Shown here piece after piece: positions 16,752 to 25,331 of a stretch of 32,000 bases of DNA. A program made the translations under genes and the position numbers. The DNA lies in contig CAUQEW010000011.1 in assembly GCA_963517115.1 (NCBI GenBank), positions 104,501 through 136,500 of the forward strand, read 5' to 3'. Positions within the stretch are counted from its first letter, which is position 1. Every line of letters begins with the position of its first letter. This DNA is from an uncultured Lachnospiraceae bacterium. GTDB taxonomy: Bacteria > Bacillota > Clostridia > Lachnospirales > Lachnospiraceae. The notes under the pieces were generated by a model. That model did not search any database, had not been told where the DNA came from, and saw nothing but the letters and a program-made list of their open reading frames with translations.

Positions 16752-16827
16752 AAAAAGGCCCGGTCAAAGCCAAAAGTCAAAGAGGGTTCGGTAAACGTTC
16801 CTCGACTTTATTTACAAAGACCGGACC
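16752..16827 (-). terminator. Long composite hairpin with U-tract between gap and pgk (partial terminator)
   Basis: Outer stem 16757-16765/16819-16827 (9 positions, 1 mismatch); inner stem AAAGTC..GAGG / CCTCGACTTT. On the minus strand TTTTT follows the stem directly. Confidence 0.5.
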
Positions 16828-16847
16828 CATAATTGGATCAATATGAA

Positions 16848-17861
16848 TTATGCTAATTCTGCAAAATATTTAATAGTTCTAACCATTTGGCTAGTGTATG
16901 AATTTTCATTGTCATACCATGCAACAACTTTAACTAAAGTCTGTCCATTACCAAGGTCATTAACCTTAGTCTGAGTTGCATCAAATAATGAACCATAAAA
17001 AATTCCAATAATATCAGAAGATACTAATTCTTCTTCTGTATATCCATAAGAAGCGGAAGCTGCTGCTTTCATTGCTGCATTAATATCAGCTACCGTTACA
17101 GTACCATTTACAACTGCTACTAATTCTGTAGTAGAACCTGTTGGAACTGGAACTCTTTGAGCAGAACCATCTAATTTACCTGCTAATTCAGGAATAACAA
17201 GGCCAATTGCTTTTGCTGCACCAGTAGAGTTAGGAACGATATTAACAGCCGCTGCACGAGCTCTTCTTAAATCTCCACCTCTATGTGGTCCGTCTAATAC
17301 CATTTGATCTCCAGTATATGCATGAATTGTAGTCATGAAACCTTTTTGAATAGCTGCTAATTTGTTTAATGTATTAGCCATAGGAGCTAAACAATTTGTT
17401 GTACAAGAAGCTGCTGAAATAATGGTATCTTCAGCTTTTAATATATTCTCATTTACGCTAAATACAACAGTAGGAAGATCATTACCAGCTGGAGCTGAAA
17501 TAACAACTTTCTTAGCACCTGCATCAATATGAGCTTGCGCTTTTGCTTTTGATGTATAGAAACCAGTACACTCAAGAACTACGTCTACGCCAATTTCTCC
17601 CCAAGGAAGTTTTTTAGCATCTGCTTCTGCATAGATTTTAATTTCTTTTCCATCAACAACGATTGAAGATTCTTTCGCTTCTACAGTGTCACCTTTTGCA
17701 TATCTACCTTGTGCTGAATCATATTTTAATAAGTGTGCAAGCATTTTAGGGTTAGTTAAATCGTTAATAGCTACAATTTCATATCCTTCAGCACCAAACA
17801 TCTGTCTGAATGCAAGACGTCCAATACGTCCAAAACCATTAATTGCTACTTTTACTGCCAT
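16848..17861 (-). CDS. gap: Glyceraldehyde-3-phosphate dehydrogenase
   Basis: INGFGRIGR and the active site SCTTNCLAP. 337 aa; AGGAGG SD upstream. Confidence 0.95.
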   Translation of the reverse strand: MAVKVAINGFGRIGRLAFRQMFGAEGYEIVAINDLTNPKMLAHLLKYDSAQGRYAKGDTVEAKESSIVVDGKEIKIYAEADAKKLPWGEIGVDVVLECTGFYTSKAKAQAHIDAGAKKVVISAPAGNDLPTVVFSVNENILKAEDTIISAASCTTNCLAPMANTLNKLAAIQKGFMTTIHAYTGDQMVLDGPHRGGDLRRARAAAVNIVPNSTGAAKAIGLVIPELAGKLDGSAQRVPVPTGSTTELVAVVNGTVTVADINAAMKAAASASYGYTEEELVSSDIIGIFYGSLFDATQTKVNDLGNGQTLVKVVAWYDNENSYTSQMVRTIKYFAELA

Positions 17862-18250
17862 GATAATAATTCCTCCTAATAGTTAAATTTTATAATATAC
17901 TGCCATTTATCTCATGCATAGTCGTTCAATTGCTCATAATATACATATGAATGAAAGCCGACAGCTATTAATCCTAATTCAAGGGATTGACAAATTTTTC
18001 TCAAACCCACATTTATTTTACCTTTTTTATTACAAAATATCAAGTGGAAATTAAAAATTCCTAGAATATTAATAGATAGCACATAAATCAATACTTCACA
18101 TTCCTTTATTTGTGCATAATAACATCGTTATAAGCTAAATAATTCAACGCAATACATATCCAAAGATTACTTCAGATTTCTATGTATTGGATAGTCACGC
18201 CCTTACTACTTTTTCTGTAGCAAGAGTGTGATACCCTGTTAATTCAACTT

Positions 18251-18544
18251 CTATCTGCTTTGGCTTTGACCTTGGCTTTGACCTTGGCTTTGGCTTTGGC
18301 CTTGACTAACAAAACTCTTAACGCTCATTATTTCTTCTTGAGTTGCCTTTTGTGCTGGTTGATAATAATTTTTGCTTTTAGCAATTGTAAATAATTCATA
18401 TTGACAAGTTTCTGCATCATTACGCATTTTCTGTAAAGTTTGTCTTAATTCCTGATTTTCTGTTTGTGATATCATATCACCCATGCTTTTAAGTCCTGCA
18501 TTAATTGAGTTTAAAGCATCTGATACCATTACTTGCTCTTGCAT
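18251..18544 (-). CDS. Spore coat protein F (CotF)-like protein, C-terminal-half type, with a (S/G)Q repeat tail
   Basis: D.L.S........MI...N.ELR..L..M......YEL........YYQP pattern typical of Coat_F domains. The tail is SQGQSQSQGQSQGQSQSR. Confidence 0.65.
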   Translation of the reverse strand: MQEQVMVSDALNSINAGLKSMGDMISQTENQELRQTLQKMRNDAETCQYELFTIAKSKNYYQPAQKATQEEIMSVKSFVSQGQSQSQGQSQGQSQSR

Positions 18545-18555
18545 ATGCTAGCCTC

Positions 18556-18741
18556 CTATTTTAAGAATTGTAATAAGGTTTGTTTTTTCTGTGCAGCTGA
18601 TTGAGATTCTTTTTGGAAAAATTGTTTTACATAAGGATCCGTGCAATTTTCTGCATACGATTTGTATTTTTCCGTATCTGTGTCACTGAAAACCAAAAGA
18701 TGTCTTAAATTTTGAAGCTCCATTTCTGATAGATTGCCCAT
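18556..18741 (-). CDS. Spore coat protein F (CotF)-like small protein, N-terminal-half type
   Basis: LSEMELQNLRHLL......KYK.YAE.C.DP..KQ.F...SQ.A...Q.LL.FL resembles the first helix pair of Coat_F. AGGAGG SD upstream; 11-nt gap to the next gene. Confidence 0.6.
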   Translation of the reverse strand: MGNLSEMELQNLRHLLVFSDTDTEKYKSYAENCTDPYVKQFFQKESQSAAQKKQTLLQFLK

Positions 18742-18865
18742 TAAAATGTCCTCCTTTTTTTACTCAATAGAATATAGATAATATAAATGATCAATTTTAT
18801 TTCGCCATTTAGCAATTACCTAAGACTATTATTTCAAAGGAGTAAAGATTTTATTCAGAATAAAA

Positions 18866-20302
18866 TTATATTCTACAATATAAATCCTCATATTTTCTGG
18901 CAGAATTATTCCAAGAAAAATCTTTTTCCATTCCTCGATCAATTATTTTATTCCATTCACGTTTTTTATTAAAATAAATTTTTTTAGCGTAACGAATCGT
19001 TGCTAACATCTCATGTGCATTATAATTAGAGAAACTAAAACCTGTTCCGGTACTTTCATATTCATTATAAGATTCTACCGTATCATGTAAGCCACCTGTC
19101 TCTCTTACAATTGGAACAGTACCATAGCGCAAACTAATTAATTGGCTAAGTCCACAGGGTTCAAATAATGATGGCATTAAAAAAGCATCACAGGCTGCAT
19201 AAATTTTATGTGCTCTTTCATCTGAATAGAATATATTTGCAGAAACCCTATCATTATATTTCCAAGCAAAGTGTCGAAATAAGTGCTCATATTTTTGCTC
19301 TCCAGTTCCTAGCACTACTAGTTGAGCATCTTCAGAGCAAAGTTCCTCAATTACATAATCAATTAAATCAAGCCCTTTTTGATCCGTTAACCGAGATACG
19401 ATACCAATCATAAACTTCTTATCATTTATTTCTAATCCAAGTTCCTGCTGTAGAGCTCTCTTATTTTTAATTTTCTCTTTTCTAAAGTTTTTAGTATTAA
19501 AGTTACGATAGATTAATTGATCCGTCTCTGGATTATATTCTTCATAATCAATTCCATTAACGATTCCCGCAAGTGCATTACTTCTAGCCCGTATCAATCC
19601 ATCCAGTCCCTCTCCATAAAATTGCATCTTGATTTCATTGGCATAGGTCGAACTAACCGTAGTTACATAATCTGAATACACGATGCCACCTTTTAAATAG
19701 TTTGCATCACCATAAGCCTCTAATTTATCTGGTGTAAAATAATATTCAGGTAATCCTGTAATGTCTTTCACAGACTTAACATCCCATACTCCTTGAAATT
19801 TAAGGTTATGAATGGTAAATATCGTTTTGATACCCTGATAAAATTCTCCAACAGAAAAATTATCATGTAAATAAACAGGTAATAACCCTGTTTGCCAATC
19901 GTGACAATGTATAATATCCGGCTTAAAATCAATAATTGGTAGTGCCGATAAAGATGCCTTACAAAAGAAAGCAAACTTTTCTATATCCTCATTAATATTA
20001 CCATATGGGGTATTTCCTGAAAAATAATATTCATTATCAATAAAGTAAAATGTAATTCCGTCATATTCCATATAGGTAATACCTACATATTGATTTCTCC
20101 AGGCTAAATCCATGTAAAAATGGCCTAAATATTTCATTTGTTCTTTATAAAAATCAGTAATTGCCATATATTTTGGAATCATTACACGAATATCAAATTC
20201 CTCTTTATTAATGCATTTTGGCAAGGAACCAACCACATCGGCTAGTCCACCAGTTTTAATAAATGGAACGCATTCTGAGGCTAAAAATAAAATTTTCTTC
20301 AT
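18866..20302 (-). CDS. glgA: Glycogen synthase (ADP-glucose type)
   Basis: KILF.ASE..PF.KTGGLADV and the C-terminal PS.FEPCGL.Q motif. ATG 20302 lies 10 nt after AGGAGG; the track's TTG at 20308 is too close to the SD. Confidence 0.9.
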   Translation of the reverse strand: MKKILFLASECVPFIKTGGLADVVGSLPKCINKEEFDIRVMIPKYMAITDFYKEQMKYLGHFYMDLAWRNQYVGITYMEYDGITFYFIDNEYYFSGNTPYGNINEDIEKFAFFCKASLSALPIIDFKPDIIHCHDWQTGLLPVYLHDNFSVGEFYQGIKTIFTIHNLKFQGVWDVKSVKDITGLPEYYFTPDKLEAYGDANYLKGGIVYSDYVTTVSSTYANEIKMQFYGEGLDGLIRARSNALAGIVNGIDYEEYNPETDQLIYRNFNTKNFRKEKIKNKRALQQELGLEINDKKFMIGIVSRLTDQKGLDLIDYVIEELCSEDAQLVVLGTGEQKYEHLFRHFAWKYNDRVSANIFYSDERAHKIYAACDAFLMPSLFEPCGLSQLISLRYGTVPIVRETGGLHDTVESYNEYESTGTGFSFSNYNAHEMLATIRYAKKIYFNKKREWNKIIDRGMEKDFSWNNSARKYEDLYCRI

Positions 20303-20447
20303 GAACAAAATACCTCCTACGAAATATTAATATGATTCAAACCAGTAAACTTTCTATAATTGATTATACAATATTTGAATATATTATGAAAGTCCTTATT
20401 CCTTTTTTTACTAAAACAAAAGGTGTGCAGTTGATAATATAATGATT

Positions 20448-20495
20448 AAAATAAAGAGCTGTATATAGTAATGATAACTTTACTATATACAGCTC
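20448..20495 (-). terminator. spo0A terminator
   Basis: Perfect 15-bp stem GAGCTGTATATAGTA / TACTATATACAGCTC with a 10-nt loop. TTTATTTT follows on the minus strand. Confidence 0.75.
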
Positions 20496-20529
20496 CTATT
20501 TATGAATTAGATTTATTAACAAATTGCAA

Positions 20530-21333
20530 TTATGCTCTCATTTTATACTCTAATCTTATTTTATCTGCAATTAATGCGACAAATTCTGAATTAGTTGGTT
20601 TGCCCTTTCCATTGCTTACTGTGTATCCGAAAAGTTCATCAATAGTATCCATTTTGCCTCTACTCCATGCCACTTCAATAGCATGCCTTATTGCTCTTTC
20701 AACACGGCTAGGAGTTGTTTTATGTCTCTTCGCTATGGAAGGATATAATAATTTGGTTATCGAATTCAGCATCTCATTGTCATTTACCGACATCATTATT
20801 GCATCTCTTAGATACTGATATCCTTTTATATGAGCAGGTACACCAATTTCATGAATAATATTAGTTACATCAGATTCTAGATTTCTCTCTTTATATTCGT
20901 CCTTATTTTCATAAGCGCTAACTCGATGATTATCTATTAATTTATTATTATGTAAGTCTCCCCTGACTTGTTTAATTCTAGTTAATACCATATTATTATC
21001 AAATGGTTTCATAATATAATAATTTGCACCAAGATCAAATGCATTTTCAGTAACTCCTTCTTGTCCTATTGCTGTTATTACAATAAAGGCTGGAGCTTTT
21101 TTATAAGACTCGTCAAGTCGAATTTTTTCCATTACGCCTAGGCCATCTAGCTTTGGCATTATTAAGTCTAATAGCACTACATCCGGTTTTTTCTCTTTTA
21201 TCATTTCAAGAGCATCCATTCCATTCTCTGAAGTTCCCACAACTTCAATATCCGAATCCCCTCTCAAAATATCCTCTAAAAGATTTACGATTCGCTCATT
21301 ATCATCCACAATTGCTACATTAATTTTACCCAC
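20530..21333 (-). CDS. spo0A: Sporulation master regulator Spo0A
   Basis: Receiver domain (VDDN...[10 protein letters not shown]) plus the Spo0A-specific C-terminal signature [18 protein letters not shown] 21333 lies 7 nt after GGGAGG; the track's TTG start lies inside that SD. Confidence 0.95.
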   Translation of the reverse strand: MGKINVAIVDDNERIVNLLEDILRGDSDIEVVGTSENGMDALEMIKEKKPDVVLLDLIMPKLDGLGVMEKIRLDESYKKAPAFIVITAIGQEGVTENAFDLGANYYIMKPFDNNMVLTRIKQVRGDLHNNKLIDNHRVSAYENKDEYKERNLESDVTNIIHEIGVPAHIKGYQYLRDAIMMSVNDNEMLNSITKLLYPSIAKRHKTTPSRVERAIRHAIEVAWSRGKMDTIDELFGYTVSNGKGKPTNSEFVALIADKIRLEYKMRA

Positions 21334-21481
21334 TTTGATTCCTCCCAATAGTTTTTACCCGTTACTTTTTTTCAATAACATAAACACAAAATTTCAATAA
21401 AACTGTGTTTTTCTGTTCCTCCTTTTAAATTATTTTCGTCTTCGTGTAATCAATGTACCATTATCGCTATTCATGTACTAC

Positions 21482-21510
21482 ATTATAACTCTTAAAAATG
21501 GTTTAGTCAA
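21482..21510 (-). promoter_or_regulatory. sigmaA-type promoter upstream of spo0A (TTGACT-17-TATAAT)
   Basis: Minus strand: TTGACT (21510..21505), 17-nt spacer, TATAAT (21487..21482). It lies ~150 nt upstream of the GTG. Confidence 0.6.
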
Positions 21511-21780
21511 TATTTTCCATATTAATTTTCATTTTCTTAAATCATCGACAATATAGTAACATATATATTTGCATAATATAATTTGCTTTTACAAAAATAC
21601 GTATGAATAAGCACTATACATTAATTACGGCAAGTAAACATTTGTAAATTCTTACCATATTTGCATTATATACATATTTTACCATTTTATCAATTGTTTC
21701 TCATCGCATTTTACGACAGTAATGGATTGTCCACCTCCTAAAGTTGACGTGTTGTTGATTTTTTTATACAATTAGCAATC

Positions 21781-21812
21781 AAAAAGGCGGATAAAAAAGT
21801 TAATTTTTATCC
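21781..21812 (-). terminator. spoIVB terminator
   Basis: Stem GGATAAAAA/TTTTTATCC (21789-21797 / 21804-21812). On the minus strand GCC then TTTTT follows. Confidence 0.6.
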
Positions 21813-21856
21813 TTTTAATAAGAAATTTAACTATTCAAGTCGAGATATTAATTGAT

Positions 21857-23146
21857 TTAATCCTCATCCAAATTATTGATCATATTTTCAATAAATGTAC
21901 CGTAACCTTTAGTAGAATCCTGTATAAATACGTGAGTTACTGCACCTATAATTTTATTATTCTGCAAAATTGGACTTCCACTCATTCCTTGAACAATTCC
22001 TCCGGTTAAATCAAGTAATGATTCATCAGTTATGCAAATAACCATTCCTTTATTTGGACTAGAGCTATTTATATCAATTTTCTCAATTTGTATGTCATAT
22101 TCCTTTACTTCATTGTCGACGCAGCATAGTATAGTAGCCGGGCCAAGTTTCACTTCCTGTTTTAAAGCAATTGGTAAATAGCCTATCTCACTGGAAGTGT
22201 TATAATTATCATTAACAGTACCATAAATTCCTTGATTCGTATTTTTGAGAATGTTACCAATTTTGTATTTATCCGTTTGATTTATTAAACCAATTAATTC
22301 CCCAGGAGCTCCTTGTCTTCCTTTAATAATTGTCATAATATCTGCAGAATATACATAACCACGTTCAATCTGCATAATTAAACTTGTATCTATATCTGTT
22401 ATTCCATGACCTAATGCTCCAAATTTACCATCCTGTGTTACAAATGTCATTGTGCCGATTCCTTGTGTATTATCTCTGATCCATGTTCCTATTTTATATT
22501 CTCCATTTGCAGTTTTAACAGGAGTTAACATATATTCAATATCACTGCCATTTCTTCTGATATTGATTTCTAAGTCCTCTCCATTACACTCTTGGATCAC
22601 CTCGATTAATTGTTCTTTATTACTAATTGTGATATGATTCACTTCTGTAATATAATCTCCTGTTTTTAATTTATTAAGAGCAGGTTCATAATTGAGTCCA
22701 TCCTCAGAATTTATTACTCCTGTTCCAAGTACCATCACACCATCAGTTTCAACATAAATACCAATTGGCTTTCCACTTGGAATTAATTCTACAGTATCAA
22801 TCACTCCAAGTTCAATTTGTTTAAAATTAATAAAACCAAATAGCTTTATACTTATGATATAATGACCAATCTTATTGGATTTTAGTGTAAATGGTTTATT
22901 AAAATTCAGTTTTATTTGATTGGCTGGAACACTTTCATTATTTACATTTAGAACTCCTATATTATCATCTATAAAGTCGGCTTTAAACGGAAGATTAAAA
23001 TTGAATTTTTCATCCTCACCCACCATTATTTTTATTTGATCTGGTATACTATTATCTAACTTCTTATAAGTAAAGATAACTAGCACCAGTAAATTAATAC
23101 ATAGTAAAAATATAAGTATTTTTCTATACGTAGACTTATCTTTCAT
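21857..23146 (-). CDS. spoIVB: SpoIVB peptidase (stage IV sporulation signalling serine protease, S55)
   Basis: N-terminal TM segment, PDZ-like region (GDYITEVN), and S55 core (GTMTF...GALGHGI...GMSGSPI). The start is ATG 23146 or 23158. The track's TTG at 23203 lies inside the recN terminator hairpin. Confidence 0.9.
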   Translation of the reverse strand: MKDKSTYRKILIFLLCINLLVLVIFTYKKLDNSIPDQIKIMVGEDEKFNFNLPFKADFIDDNIGVLNVNNESVPANQIKLNFNKPFTLKSNKIGHYIISIKLFGFINFKQIELGVIDTVELIPSGKPIGIYVETDGVMVLGTGVINSEDGLNYEPALNKLKTGDYITEVNHITISNKEQLIEVIQECNGEDLEINIRRNGSDIEYMLTPVKTANGEYKIGTWIRDNTQGIGTMTFVTQDGKFGALGHGITDIDTSLIMQIERGYVYSADIMTIIKGRQGAPGELIGLINQTDKYKIGNILKNTNQGIYGTVNDNYNTSSEIGYLPIALKQEVKLGPATILCCVDNEVKEYDIQIEKIDINSSSPNKGMVICITDESLLDLTGGIVQGMSGSPILQNNKIIGAVTHVFIQDSTKGYGTFIENMINNLDED

Positions 23147-23166
23147 GCTTAGCCCCATTTTTCCGT

Positions 23167-23200
23167 CAAAAAAGGATATACTGATAATGTATATCCTTTT
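23167..23200 (-). terminator. recN terminator
   Basis: Perfect stem AAAGGATATAC / GTATATCCTTT with a 7-nt loop, followed by a T-run on the minus strand. Confidence 0.75.
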
Positions 23201-23244
23201 CAACTATCTTTTCTGATAGTATACGTATTTAATTTTTTTTCAAA

Positions 23245-24927
23245 CTAGTATTTTTTAGTTGCTTCTGCCAATTCTTTCATCTCTTTTGCACTATTCATTA
23301 CATTATCAGTTATAACTGCGCCACCCAATATTCTTGCAATTTCTGTTACTGATTCGTTTTCTTCCAGCATTCGTATAGATGTCCTAGTAGAAATACCATC
23401 TGTTGTTTTCTCAATAATATAATGTGCATCCGCCATCGCAGCAATTTGTGCTAAATGTGTTATGCATACTACTTGATGACTGCCAGCAATCATAGATAAT
23501 TTCTCTGATACTTTTTGTGCAGTTCTTCCGCTGACTCCAACATCAATTTCATCAAAAATCAAAGTATCAATTTCATCCTTATCTGCCAAAACAGATTTAA
23601 TTGCCAACATAATTCTTGACAATTCTCCTCCTGATGCCACTTTTGATAATGGCTTGACTTCTTCTCCTGGATTAGTCGATATTAAAAATTCTGCATCATC
23701 ATAACCATTACCGGTATAATGATCGATACGTTGAAACACCATCTCAAACCTAACATCCAAAAAATTCAAATCAATAAGAGCTGCTTTCATTTTAGAGGTT
23801 AATTCTTTTGCTTTCTCTTGTCTGATTCCTGATAATTGTTCAGAAAGTATTTTTAATTTTTTATTAAATTGGTTAAGTTGGTCAGTTAATAATGTAATTG
23901 TTTGCTCATAATTACGATACTGTTCTAATTTAATTTCGCTTTTTTCACAATAATTTAGTATATCTATAATACTATTCCCAAATTTTGATTTCAGATGATT
24001 TATGACATCAAGGCGTTGTTCAGTTAAAACAAAGTCTTCTTCGTGGTTGTTTAAATCCAACATATATTCAGAGAGTTCTCTATTAAAATCATTAACTAAG
24101 GCCTCTATATCCGTAATTTGATTCGACAATCCGGAAATCGAACTATCATATTCTTCAAACTTCTTTAACAATTTTACCGTTCTACCTATATTATCTCCAG
24201 CGGAGTCTGAATTATTATAACTCATCATGTCGTATACATTGCCAAGTCCTTCCGCAATTGTTTTAGCATTGGAAAGTCTTTTGTAATCTGCAGCTAATAA
24301 TTCGTCTTCACCAACTTTTAATGCTACACCTTTTATTTCATTTATTTCATATTCTAAAAATGACATTTCTCTTAATCTTTTATCATCATCTACTCTAAGC
24401 TCGTTTAATTTATTTCTAACTGATATGTACTCTTTATAAACAGCATCTAATTGTTTTTTGGTATCTCCTATACTTTCTTTCGCAAACCGATCAATAATAT
24501 CTAAATGCTTTTCTTTATAAAGTAGAGATTGATGTTCATGCTGTCCATGAATGTCGATAAGAAGTCCTGCTATTTGTTTCAAAATCCCTGTTGTAACAGT
24601 TTCTCCATTCACTTTACTGATACTTTTCCCATTCATAATCTTTCTGCTAATAATAATCTGCCCATCTTCAGTTGGTACATCTAATTCCTGTAGTGCTGCA
24701 AGTACGTGTTCATCATCTACCTGAAACAGTAATTCAACTAATGCATAATCTGCACCTTTTCTTATAATGTCTTTCGAGATTTTGCCCCCGAGTGCAACAT
24801 TAATTGAACCAATGATGATAGATTTTCCGGCACCAGTTTCTCCAGTTAGAATATTTAAGTTGTCTTTAAAAGTTACCTCTACCTCATCAATAATAGCAAA
24901 ATTTTTTACATGTAAATTAAGTAACAA
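23245..24927 (-). CDS. recN: DNA repair protein RecN
   Basis: Start MLLNLHVKNFAIID..., Walker A GETGAGKS, coiled-coil middle, and signature ASGGELSR. TTG 24927 lies 7 nt after GGAGG. The 36-codon N-terminal extension in the track covers the SOS box and promoter. Confidence 0.92.
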   Translation of the reverse strand: MLLNLHVKNFAIIDEVEVTFKDNLNILTGETGAGKSIIIGSINVALGGKISKDIIRKGADYALVELLFQVDDEHVLAALQELDVPTEDGQIIISRKIMNGKSISKVNGETVTTGILKQIAGLLIDIHGQHEHQSLLYKEKHLDIIDRFAKESIGDTKKQLDAVYKEYISVRNKLNELRVDDDKRLREMSFLEYEINEIKGVALKVGEDELLAADYKRLSNAKTIAEGLGNVYDMMSYNNSDSAGDNIGRTVKLLKKFEEYDSSISGLSNQITDIEALVNDFNRELSEYMLDLNNHEEDFVLTEQRLDVINHLKSKFGNSIIDILNYCEKSEIKLEQYRNYEQTITLLTDQLNQFNKKLKILSEQLSGIRQEKAKELTSKMKAALIDLNFLDVRFEMVFQRIDHYTGNGYDDAEFLISTNPGEEVKPLSKVASGGELSRIMLAIKSVLADKDEIDTLIFDEIDVGVSGRTAQKVSEKLSMIAGSHQVVCITHLAQIAAMADAHYIIEKTTDGISTRTSIRMLEENESVTEIARILGGAVITDNVMNSAKEMKELAEATKKY

Positions 24928-25006
24928 ATCAGTTCCTCCTATCGTTTGTTTATCATGTTTTATCTGAAACAAACAATTTCTCAGCAGCGGCCTCTCCAAG
25001 CAGCAT

Positions 25007-25018
25007 AAACATATGTTC
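25007..25018 (-). promoter_or_regulatory. LexA/DinR (Cheo-type) SOS box GAACATATGTTT
   Basis: Minus strand: AGAACATATGTTTA matches the Gram-positive consensus CGAAC-N4-GTTCG core (GAAC-N4-GTTC) with one mismatch. It lies just downstream of the candidate -10. Confidence 0.6.
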
Positions 25019-25025
25019 TGATTGT

Positions 25026-25054
25026 ATTCTATCATATTCTTGCTAAGTTAGCAA
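25026..25054 (-). promoter_or_regulatory. recN promoter (TTGCTA-17-TAGAAT)
   Basis: Minus strand: TTGCTA (25054..25049), 17-nt spacer, TAGAAT (25031..25026). Confidence 0.55.
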
Positions 25055-25088
25055 TTAGTTTTTTTAAAATGATTCCGTTATGAGAACC

Positions 25089-25193
25089 TATATATGGTTA
25101 GGGTGTCATAAGTCCAATTTACGTAATGAATAGCGGTGCATATATATTCATAATTTCAGTTATGAGGGACTTATGTCACCCTAACCATATATA
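25089..25193. repeat. 105-bp element bounded by 27-bp near-perfect inverted repeats (MITE-like or large stem-loop)
   Basis: 25089-25115 TATATATGGTTAGGGTGTCATAAGTCC versus 25167-25193 GGACTTATGTCACCCTAACCATATATA gives 26/27 complementary. The 51-nt interior has its own 7-bp inverted repeat (ATGAATA/TATTCAT). The octamer GTTATGAG precedes each arm (25077-25084, 25158-25165). Confidence 0.8.
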
Positions 25194-25202
25194 ATTAGTC
25201 AC

Positions 25203-25257
25203 AAAAAAAATCCTCGTAGATAAAACGAAATGTTTTGTCTTATCTGCAAGGATTTTT
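25203..25257 (-). terminator. Terminator of the Big_2 repeat protein gene (bidirectional architecture)
   Basis: Imperfect extended stem TCCTCGTAGATAA...TTATCTGCAAGGA, flanked by A8 (25203-25210) and T5. Confidence 0.7.
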
Positions 25258-25331
25258 ATATAATATGAAAAATGATATTTGAAATTTTTTTATATCTTAA
25301 CATTGAAATTAAATTATAATTATATGCCTTT

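Noticed and set aside
17862-18250. An sRNA, a cre site or a terminator in the gap upstream region
   Set aside because: A cre-like TGAAAGCCGACAGC fails the consensus at the central CG. The hairpin at ~18196-18230 downstream of the CotF-like gene has no U-tract. No promoter/terminator pair defines an sRNA.
18787-18972. 61-aa plus-strand ORF upstream of the CotF-like genes
   Set aside because: It overlaps the glgA 3' end in antisense, has no SD, and has an implausible composition.
20471-20818. 115-aa plus-strand ORF overlapping the spo0A 3' end
   Set aside because: It starts inside the spo0A terminator hairpin and runs antisense to the highly conserved Spo0A C-terminal domain.
21415-21745. Small ORFs behind the two SD-like AGGAGG sequences upstream of spo0A
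   Set aside because: There is no ATG, GTG or TTG at 4-12 nt spacing. The only candidates are 7-11 codons at unsuitable distance.
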